This document shows, one piece after another, positions 38,394 to 51,849 of a stretch of 64,000 bases of DNA (its first letter is position 1; each line of letters begins with the position of its first letter). A program made the position numbers and the translations under genes. The notes below the pieces were generated by a model. That model was not told the origin of the DNA, made no database searches, and worked only from the letters and a program-made list of their open reading frames with translations. The DNA comes from Heterodontus francisci (lineage: Eukaryota). Where the stretch lies: contig NC_090396.1 of NCBI RefSeq assembly GCF_036365525.1, forward strand, positions 40,784,689-40,848,688, written 5' to 3'.

Positions 38394-39108
38394 GGGCTGA
38401 ATTTTATGGGCCTTTAGGGATGGGAACGATGGTGGGGGAGGGCCCATAAAATTGCGTGGGAAGGTGTGAGGTTGGAGTGCCTGTCGCTTTCTCAATGCCT
38501 TCAAATTTAGTCCGGAGCAGGGGAGATCAAGGATGGGCTTCCAGTCCCAGGCTAATTGAAGCCTTTAAGTGGCCCACTTAAGGGCCTCTTTCTGCCTCCA
38601 TTTCAATTTAATGGAAGGTGGAAGGGCCTGCTGCCTTAGGGAGATGCTGCCAGGTAAAACCTGGCAGGGTTAGGGGATTCCCTCCATTGGGAGCAATCCA
38701 GTGCCCCTGGAGGGCCCATCCAATGGCAATGGCTGCTCCCCCAGGAGACTCCCCCCCACTCCCCCAAACTCAATGAGACCCCCATCCACTCCATCACCAG
38801 GGCCTGCCTGAAGGCCCAGGTGACCCCATTCCCACATTACCTGTCCTGTGGTCCCCTCCTTCTCTGGAACTATAGAGTCTCCTGCAGCACTAGCAGTGGC
38901 CACCATTCTCAGTGGTGCTGCCGGTTTGGCAGAGCTGCCAGCCTTCTGATTGGCTGTCTCTGACAACAGGCAGTTAATTGCCTGCCCACCATGAAATCAT
39001 GCCGGGGGTCTACTGGCGGGCTGAGGTGGGGTCTCCCCTGTCTTCTGGCCCACCGCTGGGACCCCTTCCTGTCCCCCTCCCCTCTGTTGCCAGAATAAAA
39101 TCCAGCCC
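38394..39108. mobile_element. Harbinger-type MITE
   Basis: TIR GGGCTGAATTTTA...TAAAATCCAGCCC, TSD TAT. Confidence 0.8.
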
Positions 39109-39684
39109 TATGTAAATGAATTATTTTTACTCCGATAATTGATGTTTAAGAGAGCAATTTTTTATTATTCATTTTAAATAGTTTTAAAATATTGCACATG
39201 TGTTATATAACATGGGCATTAGTCTGTACCAGTTAATTTATAATAATTTTGGGGTAATTAGGATTTATAAACTCCTGTTTCATTCCTTACCTATTTATAC
39301 TAATTAAGCAATATCGTCAGTGCAAATCCATTCTGAGGTAGGCAGAGATCACTGATCTACTCCAGAAAAATATGTAAGATGTATGTCCTAGCTACTTTCT
39401 ATATTAAACAGGAACATAAAAAGAAAGGTACAGCAGAATCAGAAGCTCCCTGTATAGTTTTGTATTCAGAAATCAGATCAAAATGGCAAATTGGTACCTT
39501 AAAATATTTTCCTCACCCTTAACCTGAGGTAACCTAACTTCAACCAGACTACTGTCATAAATCTAGGAATTATTGTTTGCCAAGTGCTTTTTTTTTTGGC
39601 TGCGTGAAAGAGTAAGTATAAAAACTGCCCCTATATTATTCTACATCTCTCTCTCATTACATTAATAATAATGTATTTTTTTAG

Positions 39685-39975
39685 CTCCATATAGTTTGCC
39701 AAATGTGACCTCATTTGCCAAAAGAAGAATGAGAATAACAGAACTCATTTGTGAAACAACTGGATACCCACTAGCTCAGATTCACTGGTATGTCGATGAA
39801 AAAAGGAACCACACATCCAAGTATAAAACTACTATTGAAGAAACCCCAGAAGGGCTGTTCAAGATCATCAGCACGCTTCAAATCAAAGTTGCAGAAAGTG
39901 CCTTGGAAGGCAATTATACTTGTGCCGTGTGGAATGTGGAAGAGCACACATATGAGGTGCAGAAACAGTTTCTAA
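39685..39975 (+). CDS. Gene 2 IgC1-like exon (APYSLPNV..LICETTGYPLAQIHWY..GLFKIISTLQI..YTCAVWN)
   Basis: Acceptor tttttttag|, donor A|GTAAGT; canonical B- and F-strand Cys and Trp; GYP and LFxxxSTLxI motifs as in PD-L1/B7 C domains. Confidence 0.93.
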
Positions 39976-40242
39976 GTAAGTCCATTTAAAATAATCTCAG
40001 AAAATGTCTGTTTAAAGAATTGATTTTGTTTTTAATTTCGTCGCAAGATGTAGGCAATGCTACAAAACCCTATTTAACCCATGACTATTTTCCCAGAGAA
40101 CGTTGTGGGGCTTCTTTTTAAACTGTTGCAATCCTTTTCCTCAATGTTGATTGAACTTCAACATATCTATTGATAATTTAGTCATTATTATGCACATAAA
40201 GGATGAAGCTGGAATTTACAATTAATTAAGTTTTTCTTCCAG

Positions 40243-40398
40243 ATTTTTCAGTTCCAGTCTTGGATCAATCTAATACTGATCGTCAAAGCGATGGGAAAAA
40301 GAGTAAGGTTCTCACAGCTGTCTTTGTCATTGTTGGAGCACTTGTATTTGGAATAGTCATCTTGATGGTTTGTCGATTCAGGAGAAATCTCTATTCAG
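40243..40398 (+). CDS. Gene 2 stalk + transmembrane exon (..KKSKVLTAVFVIVGALVFGIVILMVCRFRRNLYS)
   Basis: Acceptor tttcttccag|, donor CAG|GTATGA; hydrophobic helix followed by basic stop-transfer RFRR. Confidence 0.88.
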
Positions 40399-41880
40399 GT
40401 ATGATAGTTGTGTAAGTGCTTCTGATTTCTTTTGAAACTTCTCATCTTTGATACATCAATTATGATGTTGTCTTATTTTTAAAATACTTTTGTCTTTGTA
40501 TGCAGCCCATAATCTGACAACCTGATAATTCAGTTTAAATGTATAATATGTCACTAGTGCAAGTTTAAAGGCTTACTAAAAAGAAAGGTGCAACAGAATC
40601 TGAAACACTCTCAATGGCTTCAAATTCTGTCTGTCGTTCTAATTCACTTCCCAGCATTGTATGACTTAGGTAAGTTTTTAGCTGAACCACTGGATGTCAA
40701 GAATGCTGACCTCATTGAGTACAAAATTGTTCACTGAATATTCACTTAAGTGAAATAGAGAGAAGTCCAAAGCTTGGAATTTTACCTAATTGGTTACAAT
40801 GTTCAGATTTCCTTATGTCCTATTTGGTTGAAATAGTTGGGTGAAGAGGGGGCTGATAATGTAGCAATATAAGTCATGCTTCCCACCTTCCACCCCCGGC
40901 ACCCGCACCATCCTACTTCCACCTAGAGAATAAAGGAAACCCCCTGTTGAGTCACACTGACCTGCTCTTGTGCACTTTCTATTGAGCCATATCCAGCCAT
41001 CGAACAGCATGAGACAAGATGTGGAAATAAATCAACTGTGGGTTTCCAAGCCACAAGTTCAAAATTGTAATGTTTAGTACAGGGAAAAGCAAATGGGGAG
41101 GGGAAGGAAGGACAGATTCTTTAAATAGGAACTGGACCTTAAAAAAAATCATACCATATTCTTGGGCCCAACTTGCAAAGCCAACATTTATTGCCTCTAC
41201 CAAGTTGCCCTGAGAAGGTGCTAAAGGGCCACCTTCTTTGTAATTTGATATAACTGAATAGCTTGTTAAGCTAATTCAGAGGTCAATTAAGAATCAACTA
41301 CATTGGTGTGGGACTTGAGTTATATATAGAACAGGCAGGACTTTAGGCTTCCTTCCAAAAGGAAATTAGTGAACCAGTGGGTTTTTATGACAATGGTCCA
41401 AAATTAGCTGAAGCTTCATCGTCACCAAAAATGATACCAGCCTTTTTAAAAAAAAACTAGATTCAAATTCTCACACTGTGATGGTGGGATTTGAGCTTGT
41501 GTCCTCGATATGACTAGATCAGCTTTTGAATTCAGGAACATAGCCACTACATTATTGTACCTTTCTAGTCAAATAAGATGACTGAAATCTTATATGTAGG
41601 ATCGCACTAATGTTGAGGCATTTTGCTTATAAAATCATTCATATGGTTGGACAAAGGAGTAGGAAAGATTATTTGAATGTTAATTAGGGAAAATATGAGC
41701 ATTGATTTAACTGTCAATATTATTACAATTTTGCAGATTATGCTCTTTCTTATATTTAGGAGTTTTGAAACGATAAGAAATAATAAATTGCAAATTGTCA
41801 TAGGTGGAAATGTTATTTCAAATTAAATTTTAAGTACCAGCAATATTTAATTGTTTTTCCTTTTGCTTTTATTTTAGCAG

Positions 41881-41906
41881 GTAGAAGAGATTCCGAATTC
41901 CCAATG
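41881..41906 (+). CDS. Gene 2 short cytoplasmic exon (GRRDSEFPM)
   Basis: Long polypyrimidine tract with tandem TAGCAG acceptor; donor ATG|GTAGGT. Confidence 0.7.
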
Positions 41907-41985
41907 GTAGGTGTGATTTCAAACATTAGCTTATTCTTTGAAGGCCTTGAGTCACTGTTTTCATAAGTTCTTTTTTTTTTAACAG

Positions 41986-42015
41986 ATATCAAATGACCAG
42001 CAGTCTGATGCTTAA
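41986..42015 (+). CDS. Gene 2 terminal coding exon (ISNDQQSDA*)
   Basis: Acceptor T-tract + aacag|; spliced CDS 888 nt = 295 aa. An alternative donor at 41911 would give ..VDIK* instead. Confidence 0.65.
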   Translation: MSNDQQSDA

Positions 42016-42401
42016 TAGCGATTGCAGTGAATAATTTTTATTTCAACTTGTGAAGAATGCACTGCTATCATGGACTACTTTGAAGACATTTTGTGACATG
42101 ATGCTTCAAATATACAGGCCAGCTTTTGTATCATGTAATTAACGCATTTGTACCACACAGATCATTTCAAGCACTGTCAGTGAATACCTGGAAACTGCAA
42201 ATATTTTTAGCTACCATTCAGGATAGTAATCCTGATTGACCTATGGTACAGTGCTGAACTTTTGTCTACAAAGAAATAATGCCACTTATTAGTTGTCTAC
42301 TAACACCCTTGATAAAACATTGGATCTACAAACAGAAGGCTACCACAAACTAGAGAGCTTGTCCCTCAGTCCTGGCTGGTGTCATTCAAGGAGTATCATT
42401 G

Positions 42402-42752
42402 TTTTAGTTTAGTTTAGTTATACAGCACTGAAACAGGCCCTTCGGCCCACCGAGTCTGTGCCGACCATCAACCACCCATTTAGACTAATCCTACACTAAT
42501 TCCATATTCCTACCATATCCCCACCTATCCCTATATTTCCCTACCATCTACCTACACTAGGGGCAATTGCTAATGGCCAATTTACCTACCAACCTGCAAG
42601 TCTTTTGGCTGTGGGAGGGAACCGGAGCACCCGGAGGAAACCCACGCAAACACAGGGAGAACTTGCAAACTCCACACAGGCAGTACCCAGAATTGAACCT
42701 GGGTCACTGGAGCTGTGAGGCTGTGGTGCTAACCACTGCGCCACTGTGCCAC
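42402..42752 (-). mobile_element. tRNA-derived V-SINE (HE1-like) in the putative gene 2 3' UTR
   Basis: Near-identical to 9151-9500. Confidence 0.85.
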
Positions 42753-45700
42753 CCAGTTTTATAGCTGGAATAGTAAATGGATCAGTGTGCGACATCACAA
42801 AACTCTGTAAAAGGACAAAATCTCAGACTCAGTTGTACTTGGGAAATATACTTCCTACTGGACTATTACAGAAATATTTTGAAGAACTTTCACTCAGTAA
42901 AAGAGGAAACGTGGTTGCAGGCAGTTACATTGGAAAACTAAAGTAGAGAATATGTATTTTCATAGTTGTGTATATTGATAATTATATTTACACATTAATA
43001 ATGACTGTAAATCACTTTAATGTAAATAAATTAATGTAAATAAAATTGATCTATTTTGTCCTCCAACATGTTGCTTTACTATTTTATTCTCTCCTACAAT
43101 TGGACTCATTTGATACAAGTGAATAAATATGTTTTTTTGCAAAATCCGATATGATTGAGATACTGGTTTCACTTTTGGGGTAATGCCATATGTAAATACA
43201 TTTTAAAATAGTGTTAATAATTTTTTTCCTTTATCCCCATTTTGTGTAAATAATTTATGTACAAAGGTGATGTACCTTGTAAAGTTTAATGAACGTAGTC
43301 CTCTTGTTTCATCAGCATATATAGAATTATAGGGTAAAATGAGATAATATCCAAAACCTGCAGAAACTGGTGCTTTCCTCATGTTCCTGAAGAGGAGATT
43401 CATTATTCAGAGCTTGTCAAATAAGAATTCCATAAGCTCAGTTCTAGTTCATGTAAATTTTGCATCCTGCCTTTGGAAAATGTGCATTTTGAATCTCATT
43501 ATCTTAATTCAGACAGTTGACTCACTAATTTCATACATAATGTCACTTGCATGTTGATCATTGCTTTCCTTTTACTCATTCTACCCTTTCCTCTCTAGAA
43601 CCATTGACTCCTTGCTGTGTTATTGCTGCATGGGTGTTCATTCATCTCTGATAACTTGCCAACATGCCAGCCTTGACAATGAATGTTAGCAGGCTATTTA
43701 GCAATGGTTTAATGACCAATTTTAATTGGGTCTGTAATGGTCCTAAATAGTCCTGTTATGTCCTGTTAATGTTGATACTTTGGACTCCACCATTCTTGCA
43801 AGCGTCCACAAGTGGGTTGTCAAAGTGTCCTCTTGTTTCAGACAATAGACCTCCTTTAACATTGTCATGAAAATGTTCTAGGTCAAGTGATGATTTTTTT
43901 AATCCATTGGCTGGAAACCTGAATATTAAACTGGTGGAGATAAACCACTCAAACCTTCTAAGCATCAAACTCTGTCTGCTGACTGTTACCATCAAGCCAT
44001 GTTGACTGCTGCAGACTGTACTGTTCTGTAGTTTAATTGATCTGTGTTTGATTGTATGTCTGTTCACTGATTGATGCTTACTGTACTTAATGACGTAAGC
44101 CTGACAGGGAGATATAGAATTTTCCAGAAATGACAGTAAAAAACTCTCTTGAAGAAGAAGATCAGCCACATTTCTGTCCCCCTTAGCATCACCGAATCAA
44201 CATTCACATCTTCAAACCGGAAGCCTCAGGACAACCGAGTTCAGCCTGAAGCCAGCCGTGTCACCAACCTCCACAGACTGAACACTCCTTTTATTTCTCT
44301 GGACTTTAATTCGATCAGTCTATCCTTCCCCACTCTGTAACCTATTTGTGTGCATGTGTGTGTGTGTGTGTGTTGAAGCATATTTTATTTTTACTCAGAT
44401 CGGTTTAAGTACAATAAAGTTAATCTCTTTCTTTGTTAAACTCAAGAAAACCTGTTCAATTAGCTTTTTATGATCACTGTGCATAAACAAGTAAACACTC
44501 ACTGAATTGGCAAGTATATCCATTAAAAAAGGAAATAAATCTGTTGTGGTCATACAGTGAGAGGGAAAAGAGAGGAGCCCTTCAAACCCTCCTCACCTGA
44601 TCGTAATAATATATATATTGGGGACCTTTGATGTGCCATTTTTGAATGGAATTGATTGAATGTACATTTGCATGTTTTATTGCCCGTAGAGCTGAAAAGG
44701 TCTGAGAAAGGGAAGTTCTGAATGATAATTCTGGGCAATGAGGATCAGGAATGCTCTTCCAAGCCAGGCAGATATAATCTGGGCTGCTGCTACCCTGGGC
44801 TTCTCACTCTTCCCACAACAAAACACATCCTGCACCCACCACCCCCACCCCCCCACCCGTCCTCCGGCCCCATGATTGCTTTCCCTCCCAGGCTCACCTT
44901 GGTTACTGGCCAGTCCACATGATATTCCACCCATCCACAGGATATTGCACCCATCCAAATCCACTGAGGTGCAGTACGTTCACGTTGCTTGTATTTAAAT
45001 GAGGGCCTGTGCATCAAATTGGCTCCATCCACTACACTGCCGGAAGAGGTTGCTGGCTGTTGTGCTCTGCCAGTCGAGTGCTCAATGATTCAATTTACCC
45101 CTTTTGCACTTCTAGCAACAGTCCTGGGCAATTCTCACTGCAATAGTGTTCCAGCCACAGCTGATCTGTTTAACAAGTCATTTCCATGCTTCAACAACAG
45201 TTAAAAATCAGTGTTCATGACAAAATTGATGTGCCTCATTCTTGGCAGGTGGGGGTCTAGCATGACACCTCCACACCCAATGGAATGAAATGCAATTTGA
45301 GAAAAGGTGACCAGGTGAGAAAGAGGTCTAGGGTTCCCTTTCAGCCTTAACCTGGTCTTACTGTAACGGTTTAATTTTAAATACACCCTTTTTTTTAGCT
45401 CCCTTTGGTGAATTCTTGTTCACTGCTTTCCAACTATAAGGCAAAGAAACCAACACAAACAGGCTTTCTCAGGTTTAAAGAAGTAAAGTTGAAATTCATT
45501 AAACTTCAACTCTAATTCGGTTAACACCTACGGATACACAACACGCCCCCACTAACATGTATATGTGATACACACATTAAAGGCCTGCTACCCGACCCAA
45601 ACGTGATGAGACCCGACAACATGTGTTGGGTTCGGGTCGGATCAAGTCCCTCCTCTGGGTCCGGCTTTCGGGCTCTGGTCGGGTCCGAGTTCAGGTCGGA

Positions 45701-47225
45701 CACACATAGGAAATCTTGCATTTTGCTCTGCTGGAACGGAGAGTGTAAAAGTTAAAAAAAACTTACCTGAGCTGGAGAGCGGGACGTCAAGGAGGGAGAC
45801 TCAGGCGTGGTACAGTGGCACAGTGGTTAGCACCACAGCCTCACAGTTCCAGCAGCAATGTGGTTGACTCTTAACTGCCCTCTGTAATGGTCTTGCAAGC
45901 CACTCAGTTCAAGGGCAATTAAGGATGGGTAACAAATGCTGGCCTGCCAGCAATGACCACATCCATGAAAGGATAAAAATGGTTGCCAATATCTGGCTTT
46001 AACAATAAGATTTCCTTTTGCAATGAGCACTCTAGTTGAGTCCTGCAGCTCATCACAGTGCTTCTCTTTATTTTTCACACAGCTCTAGTGGTGTCATTGA
46101 CGTAAACAGGAGGAGCTAAGGCTCATTACCCACAAACCATCCACTGACATGATATTTTTCTTTGAAGAGCTCAGGGATTGTTGCATTCCAAAGGATGAAT
46201 ATATTATGACAACATAAAATCTGATCTGGTGTTGACTGTTGACATGCAGGATCCTTCAGATGTTATCACACTGAATCTGTATATTCAGGGATTGGAATCC
46301 CTATCTGCTGGCTGTCGGAGTTTGTAAAGCAACATGAGTAACCCAGTAAAATTGGCTGCCCTCTCTTGCTGTTGCCTTACTGTGATACCAAACTGGATGA
46401 ATTCCCCAATAATATTGTTAAAAGGTAGAATGACTACAAATAGAAGGGATTTCAGTCAGGATGATCAAGTAATGGAAACAGTTTGGGCAGAATTAAGAAA
46501 CAGAAAAGCATGTAAAATTTGGGTAGAAGTTGTCTACAGACCTTCTAATAGTAGTGATGTACTGGAGGGTATATACAAATATAGAGATTTGGGACTCGTA
46601 GCAAAAATTAATTTGGTTCACTAATTTTACATTTTCTTTTCAAACATGCTTATACATAATTCAGGCAAATTGATGCATAAAACCTGAATACGCATAGAGT
46701 GGAGCTTCAAAGAAAAAAAACGTTAAAAAGGAGAGAATTCAGAATTAGGTTTATTTAAATTGCGTTTTTATATTGATCCATAAATTCAATACATGCATTT
46801 TATAGATTATATAGGCAAATTATGCATTCCACCAGAGACACTTAGCAATTTGCGATGCATTTGGTTTAGAAATGCCAATTTTTCGTCTCGTGGCTCCCAA
46901 TAGTTTTTATTTTATGCAATTTTTTTTAGAAAAGGCTTTTTGGGTATATAAAAAAATCCCTGTCCTAAACAGTTCAGGAAAAGCTCTAAATTACGCTGGA
47001 GCTTATATTCTGTTTTGTTGCAGCCCATCGTATTCCACAGAAATTAGCTGTTCAAAAGTTTTGAGCTATTAAATGAAAAACGACTACTATCTCACCTTTT
47101 ATTACATTACAGTGCAATATACACTGTGGCTCCACTTAACTTCAATGTTGAAAGTTAACTGACAGTTTATTTATATTTCACAAAAAATGCAAATCATATG
47201 TTTGAAAGTAACTATTGGAGTTAGG

Positions 47226-48013
47226 TGTTATTCTGCTAATTGTCTGTCAATGGTTTGATTATGTTGGCCGCGTTGAGGACATCTGCGTTGGAGGTGGCAG
47301 GACCGTATCTCCAACACAGAAGTCCTCGAGGCGGCCAACATCCCCAGCATATACACCCTACTGAACCAGTGGCGCTTGAAATGGCTTGGCCATGTGATCC
47401 GCATGGAAGATGGCAGGATCCCCAAGGAAACATTGTACAGTGAGCTCGTCACAGGTATGAAACACACCGGCCATCCATGTCTCCACTTTAAAGATGTCTG
47501 CAAATGCGACATGAAGTCCTGTGACATGGACCACAAGTTGTGGGAGTCAGTTGTAAGTGATCACCAGAGCTGGCGGGCAGCCATAAAGGCAGGGCTAAAG
47601 AGTGGTGAGTCGAACAGACTTAGCAGTTGGCAGGAAAACAGGCAGAAGCGTAAGGAGAGAGCCAACTGTGTAACAGCCCCGACAACCAATTTTATCTGCA
47701 GCGCCTGTGGAAGAGTCTGTCACTCTTGACTTGGCCTTTATAGCCACTCCAGGTGCTGCTTCACAAACCACTGACCACCTCCAGGCGCTTACCCATTGTT
47801 TCTGGAGACAAGGAGGTCAAAGAGAGAGATAGAGAGAGGTTTGATTATATGCGGTGAACGGTGTTAATTGGGGTCTTAGTCAAGCACTTATAAGCAGACC
47901 CTCACTAAGACTGCTGGAGGGTTTGAGTGAGGAGCTATACCAGTAAATGTAAAACTGAGTTTTTATGGGCTCCAGCATTTTCCTTCCATAAACGAGCTTT
48001 CTCGAACTTAACA
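47226..48013. mobile_element. Small solo LTR (TGTTA...TAACA), interrupted by RTE, immediately upstream of the gene 3 promoter
   Basis: TG..CA termini; 5-bp TSD TTAGG/TTCGG; the paralogous site near 33000 is empty (..attaggtc..). Confidence 0.65.
47263..47837 (+). mobile_element. RTE-clade LINE 3' fragment with 11-bp TSD, inserted in a solo LTR
   Basis: WLGHVIRMEDGRIPKETLYSEL and C-terminal CxxCGRxC motif; TSD GGTTTGATTAT at 47252-47262 and 47838-47848. Confidence 0.9.
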
Positions 48014-48040
48014 TTCGGTCTTAAATGATGTTTACAAAGA

Positions 48041-48282
48041 CCGGGTATTTGTTACGTAGTTGTTTTCAGTTTCCTGTACTTTGAACCAGTTCAAATAGTC
48101 GCGATCCACTTTCCGATAACTTACTGGAACATTCTCCAAGGACGTTTCGGATTAGCTGTCCACTTTCTACAAGATTAATGTCAAAGCTAGTGGGGCGATA
48201 GCTCAGACACATTTAATTTGGGTTTCATTTCCGATCGAAACTCTTCTTTGCCAATTCGCCATTCATATCAAAACGGAAGGTG
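48041..48282 (+). promoter_or_regulatory. Gene 3 promoter paralog: ISRE GTTTTCAGTTTCC (48062), GAS-like TTACTGGAA (48121), degenerate proximal ISRE
   Basis: Colinear homology with 35251-35511. Confidence 0.55.
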
Positions 48283-49789
48283 TTCAAAGGGTAAGAAGGA
48301 ACTAGAAGCTGGAGGGCTAGTTTGATTGTTGCATTCACTTTCACCAGCACAGATGTGCAGAGAGACAGTAGAGGAGCTAACCTTGGATCACTATACTAAC
48401 ACAAGCTGACAGACTGGACAGTGGCTCGAGCCCCACTCGCTCCCCGCAGATCCTAGCGCTTGATTCTGGGATCAGTTGTGCAGTTGCTCTGTGTTGAGAT
48501 CCCCGAATCATTCACAGCAATTATCAAGGTCTCGGCTTTTGAATGGTTACTTTTCTTAGGTCAATTTGATGCCCTGTTTCGTGTTGGGCTGATTATACCT
48601 TTGTCGCAAAATATGGAGATCCAATCTGACTTCCAGAAAATTTGAGAAATGTTTCCTTGACACTTGTGTCGAATGTATCTCTCTTCGTGTAGTTTGTATA
48701 ATTGAGGAAATTGGGTAAGGGGGTGGGGGAAGTATTAGTAACAAATAAATGCAGTAAACTATTTTTAAAAAATTCCATGCAATCAGCTGCAATATTCCCA
48801 GAACTGGAAAGGAAGAGAAAAACAGCCAGGGATCTCACTGCTTGTTTCTATCCAATGCTAAAAAGGAAAAGAAAAACATCGCTTAAGTGTAGCTTATTGG
48901 TTGCATTAGAGAGCAGTAGCCCTCCATCATCAGCAGTTTGCATTAACCGTACTATAGATGTCCCCCAATTTTAAACCTTAAATTTTAAGTGTAAGAAAAT
49001 GTACGTCAGAATGAAACTGCTTTTCAATTTTGATGACAGACGAGAGCAGACTTAACTGTTTCATTCTGCAACAGAAAATGTCATTGGTAGTCAATGCCTG
49101 GTAAGTCACATGCATGTATGCATGGAGTAATGTGAGTGGGAGACTAATGACTGGCAATAACAATCCCTGCTACCAATATTCCAGATCTCTAACCCGAGTT
49201 GCTTATCAATGCAGTGTTCTTTTGATGAAGCTGTGCGACCAAGAGCTAATAATCGTCAGTCTGATATTTCTTACCTTAAAGTGGTTTTGCCCTATTTGAG
49301 ACAGAAAGGTATCTAGAAATAAAAAAAAGTATAATTTTCATCACAATGAATTCTAAGACAAAGTCACTATGGCTGGAAAAAATATCACTGCATCATGTGT
49401 TCTTGGACAATGCTTTTGAAAACATGCACAAAAGTACTTAAAAGGCAGCAAAATCCCATTAAAAAAGTGATCCCAGTGATGGTATTGATGATTGTTGTGT
49501 GCCGTAGTTTACTGCAACAGGATTACGGCACCAGAGCATAAATCTGATTGACCCTTCCTATCACCTCCATCCCTCTTGATTTCCTGCCCTTCCTGCCCAA
49601 TCCCCTTCCTTCCCAACCCCTCCGCCACCCAGCAGGTCCTGAGGGTCGTTGTTGGGGAGGCAACTGACGCAACCTCGTCCTAGTGGAAGCAATGAGCTTT
49701 CGCCACATGCTTAATTGGCATCTGCTGCTTTCTGGCAATATGCTTACAAAATCTGAGGCCCAATCTTAGGTGATTGCCATACAATCTAG

Positions 49790-50145
49790 GCTGACACTCC
49801 AGTGCTGACTGAGGGAATGCTGCAATGTCAGAAGTGCCATGTCTCGAATGACCTGTTAAATGAAGGCTCGGCCTGTCCCCTCATATGGATGTAAAGGTTC
49901 CATGGCACTATTTTAAAGAAGAGCAGAGGACCTCTCCCTGGTATACTGGCCAACATTTATACCTCAAATAACCACTGAAATACAGATTATCTTGTCATTA
50001 TCACATTGCTGTTTGTGGGATCTTTGCTGCACACAAATTGGCTACCTATGTTACAACAGTGACTACAGTTCAAAATAATTTATTGGCAGTGAAGCATTGA
50101 GATGTCCAGAAGTTGTGAAAGACTGTATATAAATGTAAGCCTTTC
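49790..50145 (+). mobile_element. Deu-domain SINE (SacSINE/AmnSINE-like); further copies ~6185-6394+7622-7720, ~9720-9975, ~62725-63125
   Basis: Core GATGTAAAxGxTCCCATGGCACTATTT..GAAGAGCAG..CCTGG..TGGCCAAxATT with L2-like tail. Confidence 0.7.
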
Positions 50146-50263
50146 TTTTGTTCTCTCTCTCTCTCTCTCTTCCCGACTTCCTTACCAGAAGCTAAGGATG
50201 CTATCAATTTGACTAATTTTCTACGATTGCTTGTTGATTCATGATAACATTAATTAATTCTTA

Positions 50264-50398
50264 TATAAAAACAAAATACTGCAGATGCTGGAAATCTGAA
50301 ACAAAAACAAGAAATGCTGGAATCACTCAGCAGGTCTGGCAGCATCTGTGGAAAGAGAAGCAGAGTTAACGTTTCGGGTCAGTGACCCTTCTTCGGAA
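50264..50398 (-). mobile_element. Penelope-like element terminal fragment with 12-bp TSD (copies ~14260-14400, 15299-15390, 26675-27060, 29235-29310, 30505-30600, 54085-54400, 55160-55320, 59745-59885)
   Basis: Recurrent CAGATGCTGCCAGACCTGCTGAG..CCAGCA module joined to a hammerhead-like core; TSD AATTAATTCTTA at 50252 and 50397. Confidence 0.65.
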
Positions 50399-51849
50399 TT
50401 AATTCTTAGGCTGGATTGTGTCCTAAACAGAGATTGAATGGCACTAGTCATTCAATAGACTTGCCCTTGACCATACACTTTCCATGGGGTTGTGCGTAGC
50501 AAGTTCCTATCAGCTAACCATCCAAAAAGTGGAGTGTAAATAGGCAAGCAACTGTGCATCTCCTGAACCAATCAGATTGAGGAATCATTAATGAACTGCA
50601 CAGAGGTAGGTTTTAAGGAGTGTCTTAAAGGAGGAAAGCGAGGTAGAGGAGTGGAGAGGTGTAGGGAGGGTGTTCCAGAGCTTATGACCTAGACAGCTGA
50701 AGGCACAGCTACCAATGGTGGGGTGATTAAAATCGGCATGCTCAAGAGGCTGGAATTAGAAGAATGCAGATATCTCAGGGTTGCATGGCTGAAGAATATT
50801 ACAGAGATAGGGAGAGGCCAGACCATGAAGGGATTTGAAAACAAGGATGAGAATTTTAAAATTGTGGGATTGCTTAACTGGGAGCTGATGTAGGTCAGCG
50901 AGCACAGGGATGATGGGTGAACAGGAACAAAACTGAAATTTGCTGGTAAGGAGTTTTTTGAATTGCCTAGTGCATTAGACATTCAAAATTCCTATACTGA
51001 TTGGAGCATTAGAGATGATCTCAGTACAAGTTGTGGTTATTTTTTTGAAACAATAGGCAAAGAAAATTTTGTACGTGTGGACACATTCAAAGGTTGTTAA
51101 ATGCAGAGATAGACTCAGAAAGTATCAGGATATTTAAATCTGTCTTTTCTGATTTCTCAACGTGTTTTTCTTGTAAGCAGCTGAGGTGTATCGAGATCAG
51201 GAAGGTCTGGGGTTTAATCTCTGGGTGTGAAACACAAAAATTGCCCTGACTGTTCAGTTGTGATGCATCTTCCGAAGGAAGATCTCACTCCTTGAATTTA
51301 TGCCATTTCTCCAGGTTTCAAGATTTCCACTTATCTTCCACTGAAGTTATGGTGTAAGAGCAGGGGACCTCCATGGGAATAGTGTCTTTTATAACAGGGC
51401 TTATGCAATGAATACCATTTGGATGAAATATCAGAAACCTGTGGATTTGTATCCTCTTTCTCAAGGAATCAGCAACTACAGAAGAGGATTGTAGGAGAGA
51501 ACATTAGCAAGAAAAAATGTGCTATTAATAAATTAGTTTCGGCATTATTGAAGTTTCCATTTCTATACTGTTGTCAGTTCACAGATTCTGAGATTCAAGC
51601 TGGAGAATTTTAAGTAAATCCTACAAAATGCATTTGTTAGTTTTAACATTAAGTTGCAAAATAATTAGCATTCAAAATTTTCTAGAGATGGAAATGTATC
51701 TTCCATCAGTTATATATAGTTATTCCAATTTCCTGACAAAACCTAACTTATGATGCAAAAGAAATGTGAAATCAGGTTGATTAGATTCCTGAGATTTAAT
51801 GATTTTTTTTGTGTTGTCTTTAAATCAACAGGTCAATTGAATTCTGCAA

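Noticed and set aside
39411-39520. ITIM-like VLYSEI frame in gene 2 intron 3
   Set aside because: Lies upstream of the C and TM exons and is out of phase with the V exon, so it cannot be cytoplasmic.
20487-42015. Assigning the symbols CD274/PDCD1LG2
   Set aside because: Architecture and C-domain motifs fit, but V domains are atypical and no synteny markers (JAK2, PLGRKT, RIC1) are visible in the window.
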